Part shown: one piece after another, positions 54,903 through 63,150 of the stretch
Numbering within the stretch: the first letter of the stretch is position 1
How the letters are laid out: every line of letters starts with the position of its first letter
NCBI GenBank assembly: GCA_964504255.1
Contig: CAZDDU010000003.1
Coordinates: forward strand, 1-63,895
Reading direction: 5' to 3'
DNA: 63,895 nt
Origin: an uncultured Candidatus Saccharibacteria bacterium
GTDB taxonomy: Bacteria; Patescibacteriota; Minisyncoccia; Phycocordibacterales; Zambryskibacteraceae
Program-made: the position numbers and the translations under genes
Notes under the pieces: generated by a model
Databases searched by the model: none
What the model was told of the DNA's origin: nothing
Seen by the model: only the letters and a program-made list of their open reading frames with translations

Positions 54903-55757
54903 TTAGAAAGTCTTTCTTACTAATCCGAGCTCTTCAACTATAAGTCCTTTGATCTCAAGTAATGACATTGTGGCGGTAGCTTTGTGCGTTTCGAGGCCTG
55001 ATTCTCTGACCAAAGTGTCTCTCTCTTTAGGAGTGTCTAGTAGCTCGATTATTGCCTTCTCTACATCACTTAGATCATCTGTATTTATAAGTGTGTCGTG
55101 ACCCTCTGATCTCAAACTAAGAAGTTCAAGGATGTCTTCTGAGTCCCTAATGAGTGCAGCACCTAGGCGTATTAGCATGTGTGGACCCTCCGAGGTTGAG
55201 GAGCTTATGGGCCCGGGCACAGCACCTACCTCTCTATTATATTCAGTAGCTAGGCGAGAGGTGATAAGGGTACCACTCTTCTTCTCTGCTTCTATAACTA
55301 TCGTCGCGTGGCACATCCCAGCCATGATTCTGTTTCTTCTGGGGAAGGCCCAGGCGCCTGAGGGCATAGTGTCGTCGTATTCTGATATTAGTCCACCACC
55401 CTCTCTCACAATTTCCTCAGCTAGAGCGACATGAGAGTGTGGGTGGAGCACTGTCCTATCGAGTCCTGACCCTGGCACCCCAATAGTCTGGAGTCCAGCA
55501 CGCATAGCACTCCTATGTGCAATAGAGTCTATGCCTAAGGCTAGGCCCGAGACGATGGTAATGGGGTAACCTGCCAGACCTTGTATAAGAGAGGAGCAGA
55601 CTTCTTGCCCGTAAGAGGTAAATTTTCTTGAACCGACTATGGCTAGGAGCTTGTTGCTCTCTACGGGAGGCACTCCCCACAGACGAAGGCTCTTGGGTGG
55701 GTCGTTAATTTCCTTCAAAAGTTCTGGCCACTCTTCCTCTAGAAGGTCCCGAATCAT
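54903..55757 (-). CDS. dprA: DNA processing protein DprA
   Basis: LAIVGSR, IVSGLALGIDSIAH, FPRRNRI and SGTLIT. Confidence 0.95.
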   Translation of the reverse strand: MIRDLLEEEWPELLKEINDPPKSLRLWGVPPVESNKLLAIVGSRKFTSYGQEVCSSLIQGLAGYPITIVSGLALGIDSIAHRSAMRAGLQTIGVPGSGLDRTVLHPHSHVALAEEIVREGGGLISEYDDTMPSGAWAFPRRNRIMAGMCHATIVIEAEKKSGTLITSRLATEYNREVGAVPGPISSSTSEGPHMLIRLGAALIRDSEDILELLSLRSEGHDTLINTDDLSDVEKAIIELLDTPKERDTLVRESGLETHKATATMSLLEIKGLIVEELGLVRKTF

Positions 55758-55774
55758 GTGGTAATATTCTAGCA

Positions 55775-57055
55775 ATGTTAGACATCAAATTCATCAGGGA
55801 GAACAAGGACCTAGTAGCCATGGCGGCGAAGAAGAAACATATAGACTTTGATGTAGAGAAGCTCCTAGAAGTAGATGATAAGAGAAGGGGTTTGCTCCAG
55901 AAGGTTGAGGAGAAGCGTGGTGAGCAAAACACCGCGAGCCGAGAGATCATGAGCGCCTCAGGTCCAGAGCGAGCGAATATCTTGGAGAAGATGAAGTTCG
56001 TGAAGGAAGAACTACAAAAGGGCGAGGAGGATCTTAAGGAAGTAATGAAGGAGTGGCAAGGGCTTATGCTCCAAGTACCCAACGTCCCAGACATCTCGGT
56101 TCCTGATGGTGTAAGTGATGAGCAGAATCTTGAGGTGAGGAAGTGGGGTGACTTACCAAGATTCGACTTCGAACCCAAGAGTCATGTGGAGCTCATGGAG
56201 AACCTGGGGATGCTAGACCTCGAGCGGGGGACCAAGGTCGCGGGATTTAGAGGTTACTTCCTCAAGGGTGATGGTGCGAGACTGCAATTTGCACTCTGGA
56301 GATTTGTTCAAGACTACTTTGCGAAGAAGAGGGATTATGTACCGATGATAGTACCGTCTCTAATTAAGAGAGAAGTGTTTTTTGGTACCGGCTACTTACC
56401 ACAAGGCGAAGAGGATTTGTATAAGACACAAGATGGAGAGTACTTGTCTGGTACTGCAGAGGTGGCGACTATGGGTTATTACATGGATGAAGTTTTGGAT
56501 AAAAAAGATTTGCCCATAAAGCACCTGTCATTCTCCGACGCCTTTCGTCGCGAGGCGGGGAGTCACGGCAAGGATACTCGGGGGATACTCAGAGTCCATG
56601 AATTTTATAAATTCGAGCAAGTAATCCTCTGTGAGGCTAACCACGAGGAGTCGGTCAAGTTCCATGAGGAGATCCAGAGAAATGTTGAAGAGATCACCGA
56701 GGCTCTCGGACTTCCTTACAGAGTGGTTGTTAACTGTGGTGGAGATCTAGGACTTGGACAGGTCAAGAAGTATGACACAGAGGTTTGGTTACCTTCAGAG
56801 AAGAAGTATCGAGAGACTGGATCGGCATCTTACTTCCATGACTTCCAGACAAGGAGACTTGGTATCCGTTACAAGGATACAGACGGCACTCTCAAGTTTG
56901 CCCACTCACTTAACAACACAGCTCTCTCAGGACGACCGCTTATTATGTTGGTAGAGAATAATCAGCAAGCAGATGGCAGTATAAATATTCCTGAAGTGTT
57001 ACAACCTTATTTCGGGAAGGATAAAATCAGCCGAGATGAAACTAGTCGGCAGTAA
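55775..57055 (+). CDS. serS: Seryl-tRNA synthetase
   Basis: MLDIKFIREN, FRREAG, KKYDTEVWLP and HSLNNT. Confidence 0.96.
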   Translation: MLDIKFIRENKDLVAMAAKKKHIDFDVEKLLEVDDKRRGLLQKVEEKRGEQNTASREIMSASGPERANILEKMKFVKEELQKGEEDLKEVMKEWQGLMLQVPNVPDISVPDGVSDEQNLEVRKWGDLPRFDFEPKSHVELMENLGMLDLERGTKVAGFRGYFLKGDGARLQFALWRFVQDYFAKKRDYVPMIVPSLIKREVFFGTGYLPQGEEDLYKTQDGEYLSGTAEVATMGYYMDEVLDKKDLPIKHLSFSDAFRREAGSHGKDTRGILRVHEFYKFEQVILCEANHEESVKFHEEIQRNVEEITEALGLPYRVVVNCGGDLGLGQVKKYDTEVWLPSEKKYRETGSASYFHDFQTRRLGIRYKDTDGTLKFAHSLNNTALSGRPLIMLVENNQQADGSINIPEVLQPYFGKDKISRDETSRQ

Positions 57056-57860
57056 AGGAGCTGTCCGCTCCGCAGAGTTCCACAAGAAGAAGGAGAGAGA
57101 GAAGAAGTTTTATCAATTCCTTTTCATACTTGTATTTCTAATTGTATTAGTTGGACCTGTTTTTGTCCTTAGGAGCGAGAAGCTAAAGGTAAGCCAAGTG
57201 AGTGTGAGCGGTAATGCAGTGACACAGAGTAGCGAGGTTGAGTCATTGGTGAGAGAGAGGCTCAGTGGCTATTACCTCGGTCTAATACCTAGGTCGAGTA
57301 CGCTATTCTACCCAAAGAACGAGATAATGGATGCGCTTGATAAGCAGATACCAAGACTTGCGAGTGTGAGCGTCTCACTCGACGGATTTCGGGGAGTAAG
57401 TGTTGAGGTTATAGAGAGAGAACCTTCTGCGCTATATTGTGCTGAGTTGAACGATGGTGAGGAGTGCTACTTCTTAGATAACTCTGGGTATATATACTCT
57501 GAGGCACCTGACTTTACCACTGGTGTGTATTTAATTTATAGAAGAGAACCAAGTTTGGAGAACCCAGTAGATAAATATTTCTTGGACAAGAATGAGTTTG
57601 TTAAGGTGAACAAGTTTATAAATAGTTTGAGCAAGCTTGAGATAGAGCCTGTGGGTATTCTGTACAAGGATAGTGAGTATTTCTTAACTCAAGCAAGTGG
57701 TCCAAAGATAATGTGGAACAGTAATCAAGATTCAGACAAGCTTTTGATCGATTTGGAGTCCTTTCTCAAGGGTTCAAAGCTGAAAGCTGAGGAAATTAGC
57801 AACATGTCATATCTCGATCTTAGGTTCGACAACAAGATTTACTACAAAGCCAGGGAATAG
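57036..57860 (+). CDS. FtsQ/DivIB-like protein
   Basis: TM helix, POTRA-like segment (VSVSGN...EVIEREP) and C-terminal YLDLRFDNKIY. Confidence 0.75.
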   Translation: MKLVGSKGAVRSAEFHKKKEREKKFYQFLFILVFLIVLVGPVFVLRSEKLKVSQVSVSGNAVTQSSEVESLVRERLSGYYLGLIPRSSTLFYPKNEIMDALDKQIPRLASVSVSLDGFRGVSVEVIEREPSALYCAELNDGEECYFLDNSGYIYSEAPDFTTGVYLIYRREPSLENPVDKYFLDKNEFVKVNKFINSLSKLEIEPVGILYKDSEYFLTQASGPKIMWNSNQDSDKLLIDLESFLKGSKLKAEEISNMSYLDLRFDNKIYYKARE

Positions 57861-57868
57861 GATATTAT

Positions 57869-57897
57869 TTGACAATTTCTGAGGGGGGGTGTAGAGT
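57869..57897 (+). promoter_or_regulatory. Sigma70 promoter with a G7 tract in the spacer
   Basis: TTGACA-17-TAGAGT; the spacer contains GGGGGGG at 57883-57889. Confidence 0.7.
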
Positions 57898-57902
57898 ATT
57901 AC

Positions 57903-58241
57903 AAGAATGTTCATTCGGGTAGTTGCTAGCTCTGAGATAGATTGTTCAACAGTCCTATGGAATGTTGACGAGATATCAACGAGGTGTACAGATGACTGTA
58001 AAGCACGCAGATAGGCCAATCTGGTCCAAGCGAAAGGGTTCTCCCTAAAGTTTGTACTAGGACTAAAGGGAACCGGCCCCGGTCTCCCTCACATCGCAAA
58101 TGGTCGATACACTGCGGATCGCTAACCTTCATTTGTCTCGGGGAAATCGATACTTGAATTCAGGGCCTCCGAAAGGCGCCCAGAGCAAGCCTCCTAGCAA
58201 CTCCCCACCCCCCTTCACCCTCGACAAGTTCGAGGGTGTTT
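57903..58241 (+). ncRNA. Unassigned large structured RNA candidate (~300-340 nt)
   Basis: Ends closed by AGTTGCTAG/CTAGCAACT and CTCTG/CAGAG; internal hairpins, a GAAA tetraloop and a 7-bp loop-loop complement; own promoter and terminator. Confidence 0.6.
58215..58241 (+). terminator. Terminator with REP-like sequence
   Basis: CACCCTCGA/TCGAGGGTG stem followed by TTTT. Confidence 0.65.
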
Positions 58242-58263
58242 TCATATCTAGTACAATACACAA

Positions 58264-59217
58264 ATGAATTTCTGGAAGAATCTTAAGAGACCAATATTTG
58301 TTCTAGCACCGATGGCCGATGTTACTGACTCGGCATTTCGTGCTGTTATAGCCAGGTATGGTAAACCCGATGTTACTTGGACCGAGTTCGTCTCGGCTGA
58401 TGGTTTGGCACTTGCTCCAGAGGAGGGAAGGAAGAAGCTTTTGAAAGATCTTGAATTTACTAGCGCAGAGCGTCCTATAGTCGCACAGTTCTTCACCTCA
58501 AAACCTGAGAACATGCGTAAGGCTGCAGAGCTTGCTAAGGAGCTCGGCTTCGACGGTATAGACATCAACATGGGCTGTCCAGACAGGAGTATTGAGAAGC
58601 AGGGTGCGGGTGCAGCCATGATGAAGAACCCGAAACTCGCGAGGGAGGTGCTAAGAGCTGCTATAGAGGGCGCTGCTGGATTGCCTGTGTCTGTCAAAAC
58701 CCGTATTGGTTACAACAAGGTAGAACTTGAGGAGTGGTTGCCCGAGATACTCAAGGAGAATCCAGCTGTTGTCACTATCCATGCTCGTACTAGGAAGGAG
58801 ATGAGTAAGGTTCCTGCTAGATGGGAGTTTGTGAAGCGAGCTGTGGAGATAAGGAATGAACTTGGTTCGAACACCTTGATACTTGGTAACGGCGACGCCT
58901 TGAGTATTGAAGATGCTAGAAGGAAGTGTGAGGAGACGGGTGCAGATGGAGTAATGTTGGGTAGAGCTATTTTCGGAATGCCGTGGCTCTTTAGTGAGAA
59001 TGTGCCAACTTTAGAAGAAAAGCTTTTAGTAATGGTCGAACACACAAAGTTGTTTGAGAAGAACTTGGGCAGGGTAAAGAACTTCGCCGTGATGAAGAAA
59101 CACTACAAGGCGTATGTGAATGGCTTTGATGGAGCAGGGGATTTGAGGGGGAGATTGATGGAGGCTAGCAATGCACAAGAGATAGAGGACATTGTAGAAA
59201 ACTTTTTGTATAATTAG
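58264..59217 (+). CDS. tRNA-dihydrouridine synthase (Dus family)
   Basis: LAPMADVTD, IDINMGCP, VSVKTRIG, TIHART and GVMLGRA. Confidence 0.93.
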   Translation: MNFWKNLKRPIFVLAPMADVTDSAFRAVIARYGKPDVTWTEFVSADGLALAPEEGRKKLLKDLEFTSAERPIVAQFFTSKPENMRKAAELAKELGFDGIDINMGCPDRSIEKQGAGAAMMKNPKLAREVLRAAIEGAAGLPVSVKTRIGYNKVELEEWLPEILKENPAVVTIHARTRKEMSKVPARWEFVKRAVEIRNELGSNTLILGNGDALSIEDARRKCEETGADGVMLGRAIFGMPWLFSENVPTLEEKLLVMVEHTKLFEKNLGRVKNFAVMKKHYKAYVNGFDGAGDLRGRLMEASNAQEIEDIVENFLYN

Positions 59218-59438
59218 AGTTCACCTTTCCACGAGGTCTGCATGGCACGCAAGTTGCCGAAGGGTTGGCGTACCAATCGCTCGAACAAGAAGGGTCGCAC
59301 GGCCAAGTCGAAGATCGCGAAGAAGGGACGCGGCGGCGGGGCCATCTGATCGTAGATCGCTCGAAGACAGGGTGCCGGTACGGAGGGTTTGGGGGGGACT
59401 CCGTGCCGGTTACTCTGGTCCACTGTGCTCTTGGGCAC
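59214..59438 (-). CDS. Possible small GC-rich hypothetical protein (74 aa)
   Basis: GTG start at 59438 (MPKSTVDQ...WKGEL), convergent with dus. The longer 135-aa call crosses a promoter and is unlikely. Confidence 0.35.
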   Translation of the reverse strand: MPKSTVDQSNRHGVPPKPSVPAPCLRAIYDQMAPPPRPFFAIFDLAVRPFLFERLVRQPFGNLRAMQTSWKGEL

Positions 59439-59507
59439 ACAACAACACCACTCTGTGGTGTTTATTTTATACTTGACAAATAATTTAAGTAGGTTTATAA
59501 TAGTATA

Positions 59508-59704
59508 CAGAAAAGTAGTATTAGAGAAGTGCCCAAAAGGCAGGACATAAGCATGGCAACAAAGCCTTAGGCCACGGTACGTGTGCGTTCGTCGTCGAGG
59601 CCCGGAATCCTCGCCGTTCAACCCATACCTCTGCCGTGGTCAGGGCTGGCCATATCCACTTACCTCTGTACACTTTCACTAGGCCCCTATAACACGGGGC
59701 CTTT
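59508..59704 (+). ncRNA. 6S-RNA-like rod-shaped RNA candidate
   Basis: Perfect TTGACA-17-TATAAT promoter (59473-59501), end-to-end nested helices with internal loops, and terminator AGGCCCC/GGGGCCT. Confidence 0.5.
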
Positions 59705-59803
59705 CTCATACCTGAATTTCCCTTTGACAAACTCGTTCTTTTGTGATAATAAGAGGGTAGAACGCGTTCTTCGAAACACACATTTCTTCCACTAGGAGCA
59801 TCA

Positions 59804-61408
59804 ATGCGAACCAGTTGGTCGGCGAGGATGGTGACCTTCTTGGTCGCCCTACTCATGTTCTCTGCTTGCGGAGACAACAAGATGACCACCAATGTGACTG
59901 TGAACGTCTGGTTGCCTCTTGGCACCCGGACGGACACCACGGGCACTTGCGTGCGAACGACGAGGATCGGGACTTCCGACACCTCGAATGTGGCCGGGAT
60001 GAACATCATCCTGCCACAGTCTGAGTCCGACTCACTTATGGTGAGTCAGAGCTTCAACCCTGCGAACTGCGGTACTCCCTACACCTACAGGTGGAGCACG
60101 AGTAACGCAGGTATCGTCTCGGTGACTGCTTACGACTTGGTCTCAGCGCGCATTACTGCTGTCTCTCCGGGGACGGCTGTGATCACAGCTACGGCCATCG
60201 AGAACAGTTCTGTTGTTCTCAGTGTGACGGTGATCGTGCCTGGGGTTACACCCACCACTGTTACTATCACGCCGTCGGTGATTACTCGGTCCTCTGGATT
60301 GAGTTGTACTCGAACTGAGCAGATGACTGCCACTACCGCGAATCCTTCGGGACTCTCGGGTGTGTGGTCAGTCAGTGGTATCGGAGGTGCGAGTGTCAGC
60401 TCGTCTGGACTCGTGTCTTGGGCAGCAAACAGCTCTGGCACACTTACGGTGACCTTCACCGCGAGTAATGGTGCGACTGGTTCGACCACGATCGTGGTCA
60501 ACAGTAACTCCTGTGCTACGGCACCTACCGCTGTCTCGATCTCGGTCGAGCCGGCGACTGCCACGCTCTATGCAGGGCAGACGATGACTCTCGGCACTGG
60601 TCTCTACCGCGTGGTGGTGACCATGTCCGACGGTACCACTCGGATCAACGATCCGAACACCTTCTCTTGCTCGAGTGCAAACACGAGTCAGGTTACGGTG
60701 AACTCTTCTGCCTGCTTGATCTCGGCCATCGTGCCGACGACCTCAGGTGGAGTGGTGGTTACTTACACTGCGCTCGGGGTCACTGGGGTGACTGACACAC
60801 TCGTTGTGAGTGTGAACGCTGTCCCCGTGATCAGCTTGAGTCCCGTGTCGCTTTGCTTTAGCACTGTGGTCGGTACTCCTCAGTCGCATACTGTGACGGT
60901 TACCGTTACGGGTGCGAATGTGAGTGATGTGGTTCTCACGTCGAACACCACTGGTGTCACCGTCTCTGGTTCAGGCTCTACCTGGACTGTGACGAGGACG
61001 GCCGGTAGTGCATTGGCGAACGGGAGCTTGGTCGCGACTCTCACCACGATGAGTGGTGTGGTCACGGCTATCCCGGTGCAGATCATCTCGAGTGTGTGTC
61101 CTGGGACGAATAGTTCCATCGACTTCACACCGAGTGGTGGCCCGCTTCCTGTCGGACTCGATACCCTGACCGCAACCTGCGTCCAGGGTGCCGAGATCCC
61201 GAATGTGTGCGAGCCGTACTGGACTTCGTCTGACCCGAGCATTGCTACGGTCAGGGGCATCACAGCGAAGTCAGTCGGGCCGATGACCTACTGGGTGGGT
61301 GTTACTGCCTACCTTGAGCGTCTCCGACCCGGCACGGTCGAGATCTGTGTGCAGTGGTCACTCACTCAAACGAGTCCACGTAGGTGTTACACCTTCGTGA
61401 ACCCGTAG
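59804..61408 (+). CDS. Lipoprotein with tandem bacterial Ig-like (Big_2-type) domains, a putative adhesin
   Basis: Lipobox LLMFSAC; repeats such as WSTSNAGIVSV...AVSPGTAVITAT and WTSSDPSIATV; T/S/V-rich; SD AGGAG. Confidence 0.75.
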   Translation: MRTSWSARMVTFLVALLMFSACGDNKMTTNVTVNVWLPLGTRTDTTGTCVRTTRIGTSDTSNVAGMNIILPQSESDSLMVSQSFNPANCGTPYTYRWSTSNAGIVSVTAYDLVSARITAVSPGTAVITATAIENSSVVLSVTVIVPGVTPTTVTITPSVITRSSGLSCTRTEQMTATTANPSGLSGVWSVSGIGGASVSSSGLVSWAANSSGTLTVTFTASNGATGSTTIVVNSNSCATAPTAVSISVEPATATLYAGQTMTLGTGLYRVVVTMSDGTTRINDPNTFSCSSANTSQVTVNSSACLISAIVPTTSGGVVVTYTALGVTGVTDTLVVSVNAVPVISLSPVSLCFSTVVGTPQSHTVTVTVTGANVSDVVLTSNTTGVTVSGSGSTWTVTRTAGSALANGSLVATLTTMSGVVTAIPVQIISSVCPGTNSSIDFTPSGGPLPVGLDTLTATCVQGAEIPNVCEPYWTSSDPSIATVRGITAKSVGPMTYWVGVTAYLERLRPGTVEICVQWSLTQTSPRRCYTFVNP

Positions 61409-61465
61409 GAGCAAACCCCAGAGACAAGTTATCGTCTCTGGGGTTTTTCATTTATAATACTCAGC

Positions 61466-62491
61466 ATGTCAGTCCTCTATAGGAAGTACAGGCCAAAGAG
61501 CTTTGATGATGTTATCGGCCAAGAACCGATAGTGAATGTTTTGAAAAACGAGATCAAGCTCGGCACTCTTGCGCACGCATACCTCTTCGCCGGCTCGCGT
61601 GGTACTGGTAAGACCTCTGTGGCGAGAATCTTTGCAAATGAGGTTGGGACCTCGAAGAGCGATATTTATGAAATAGATGCCGCGTCGAACAACGGAGTGG
61701 ATGAGATACGCGCGCTGAATGATGCAGTGCACACGTTACCTTTTGATTCTAAATACAAAGTTTATATCTTGGACGAGGCACACATGCTCTCGAAGGGTGC
61801 ATGGAATGCTTTTCTTAAAACACTTGAGGAACCTCCAGCGCATGTCATCTTTATCCTCGCTACTACAGAGTTAAACAAAGTGCCTGAGACAGTGCAGTCT
61901 AGATGCCAGAGCTTCGTCTTCAAGCGACCGAGTCAAAAGATTTTGCGCGAATTCTCACAGAAGATTGCAAGGGATGAGGGTAGGACGCTAGATGACGACA
62001 GCGCAGAACTAGTTGCGCTACTTGGTGACGGATCATTCCGAGACACACATGGGATATTGGAGAAAGTATTTAGCAGCACCAAAGAGAAGAAGATAGAGAG
62101 ACAAGAGGTAGAAATGGTTACAGGCGCGCCAAGGTCAGGGTTAGTGAGGAGTGTACTAGATGCACTTATCAATGAAGACCTAGAGCAGGGGATGAAGGCG
62201 ATAGCAGAGGCGAGAGAGAATAACGTCGAGGCCAAAGTATTTGCCAAGCTTATCCTCGAGAGACTCCGTTACCTCTTCCTTCTACGACTCAAAGCGGGCA
62301 TGGAGGATTATATATCGAGCGAGACCTCTGACGACGAGTTCGAGTTCTTGAAGGTTCTAGCTTCTAAACCTGCTAAGCATCTAACTTCCGAAGTACTCCT
62401 TCGCTTCATCGAGGCCTCCGAACAATCCGGCCGTTCATCTATCCCAGAACTCCCTCTCGAAATCGCACTAGTCGAGAGTATTAAGAAATAG
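61466..62491 (+). CDS. dnaX: DNA polymerase III subunit gamma/tau, short form
   Basis: LYRKYRP, HAYLFAGSRGTGKTS, YEIDAASN, DEAHML, LKTLEEPP and SRCQ. Confidence 0.95.
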   Translation: MSVLYRKYRPKSFDDVIGQEPIVNVLKNEIKLGTLAHAYLFAGSRGTGKTSVARIFANEVGTSKSDIYEIDAASNNGVDEIRALNDAVHTLPFDSKYKVYILDEAHMLSKGAWNAFLKTLEEPPAHVIFILATTELNKVPETVQSRCQSFVFKRPSQKILREFSQKIARDEGRTLDDDSAELVALLGDGSFRDTHGILEKVFSSTKEKKIERQEVEMVTGAPRSGLVRSVLDALINEDLEQGMKAIAEARENNVEAKVFAKLILERLRYLFLLRLKAGMEDYISSETSDDEFEFLKVLASKPAKHLTSEVLLRFIEASEQSGRSSIPELPLEIALVESIKK

Positions 62492-62576
62492 TCTTTATTG
62501 ACTATTGGTTTTGTATATGGTTTTATCAAGTCAGAGCACTTTGTATTAGTATTCTACTTCAACGCAGGAGTATCTC

Positions 62577-63080
62577 TTGTCGACCCTGTATGCGTTCGAG
62601 TTGCCTATCTGGTCATGGATTGTATTCGGGGTTTATTCTCTGATCGGGTATTTGGTGGTATGTTTTCTGAGCTGGTACGCCATTCAGGCTCTAAACTATG
62701 GTCTGAATAGCGGCCAACTCGGACGCCACTGGCTACTCTTCCCATTCCAGTGTTTCCTGGAAGATCTGAGGTGCTATCTACCCAGTGGCAAGGTGCATCG
62801 CGAAGCATTCATTCGTGATCGAGTCCGTGATTGGGATGGCGTCATGATCGGTAGAAGCCGGTCGTATGATCACAAGGAGATTCGGCAGAACAATCTCTAC
62901 GAAGAAGTTTTCTATGAGATGAGAGGTGGTGGGCTTGGCTTCTGGCTAAGCAACATTGTCTACTTCTTCTTTGGTCCGCTAGCGATTGCATTCTTCATCG
63001 CACTCATTCTGGTCAGCTGGGTTCTTCATTTTCTTGGGATGCTCTTCCCTGAGAAGTTGAAGGAGAAGCTTGGCTTCTAG
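62577..63080 (+). CDS. Hypothetical membrane protein
   Basis: AGGAG SD with a TTG start; two TM regions. Confidence 0.65.
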   Translation: MSTLYAFELPIWSWIVFGVYSLIGYLVVCFLSWYAIQALNYGLNSGQLGRHWLLFPFQCFLEDLRCYLPSGKVHREAFIRDRVRDWDGVMIGRSRSYDHKEIRQNNLYEEVFYEMRGGGLGFWLSNIVYFFFGPLAIAFFIALILVSWVLHFLGMLFPEKLKEKLGF

Positions 63081-63150
63081 TATCGACGCCACCCTAGGGT
63101 GGCTTTTCTTTGTTTTTATAAAAAAGCGAGACATGTGTCTCGCTCGAGTT

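Noticed and set aside
57944-57980. Group I intron R/S-like words (TTCAACAG, GAGATAT)
   Set aside because: No P7 GACUA/UAGUC pairing in the right order, and no interrupted host gene.
58161-58190. SRP RNA helix 8 (CAGG...GAAA...AGCA)
   Set aside because: Spacing between CAGG, the tetraloop and AGCA is too long for the conserved symmetric loop.
62498-62710. 70-aa TTG ORF after dnaX
   Set aside because: It overlaps the SD-supported 62577-63080 gene in another frame and has no SD.
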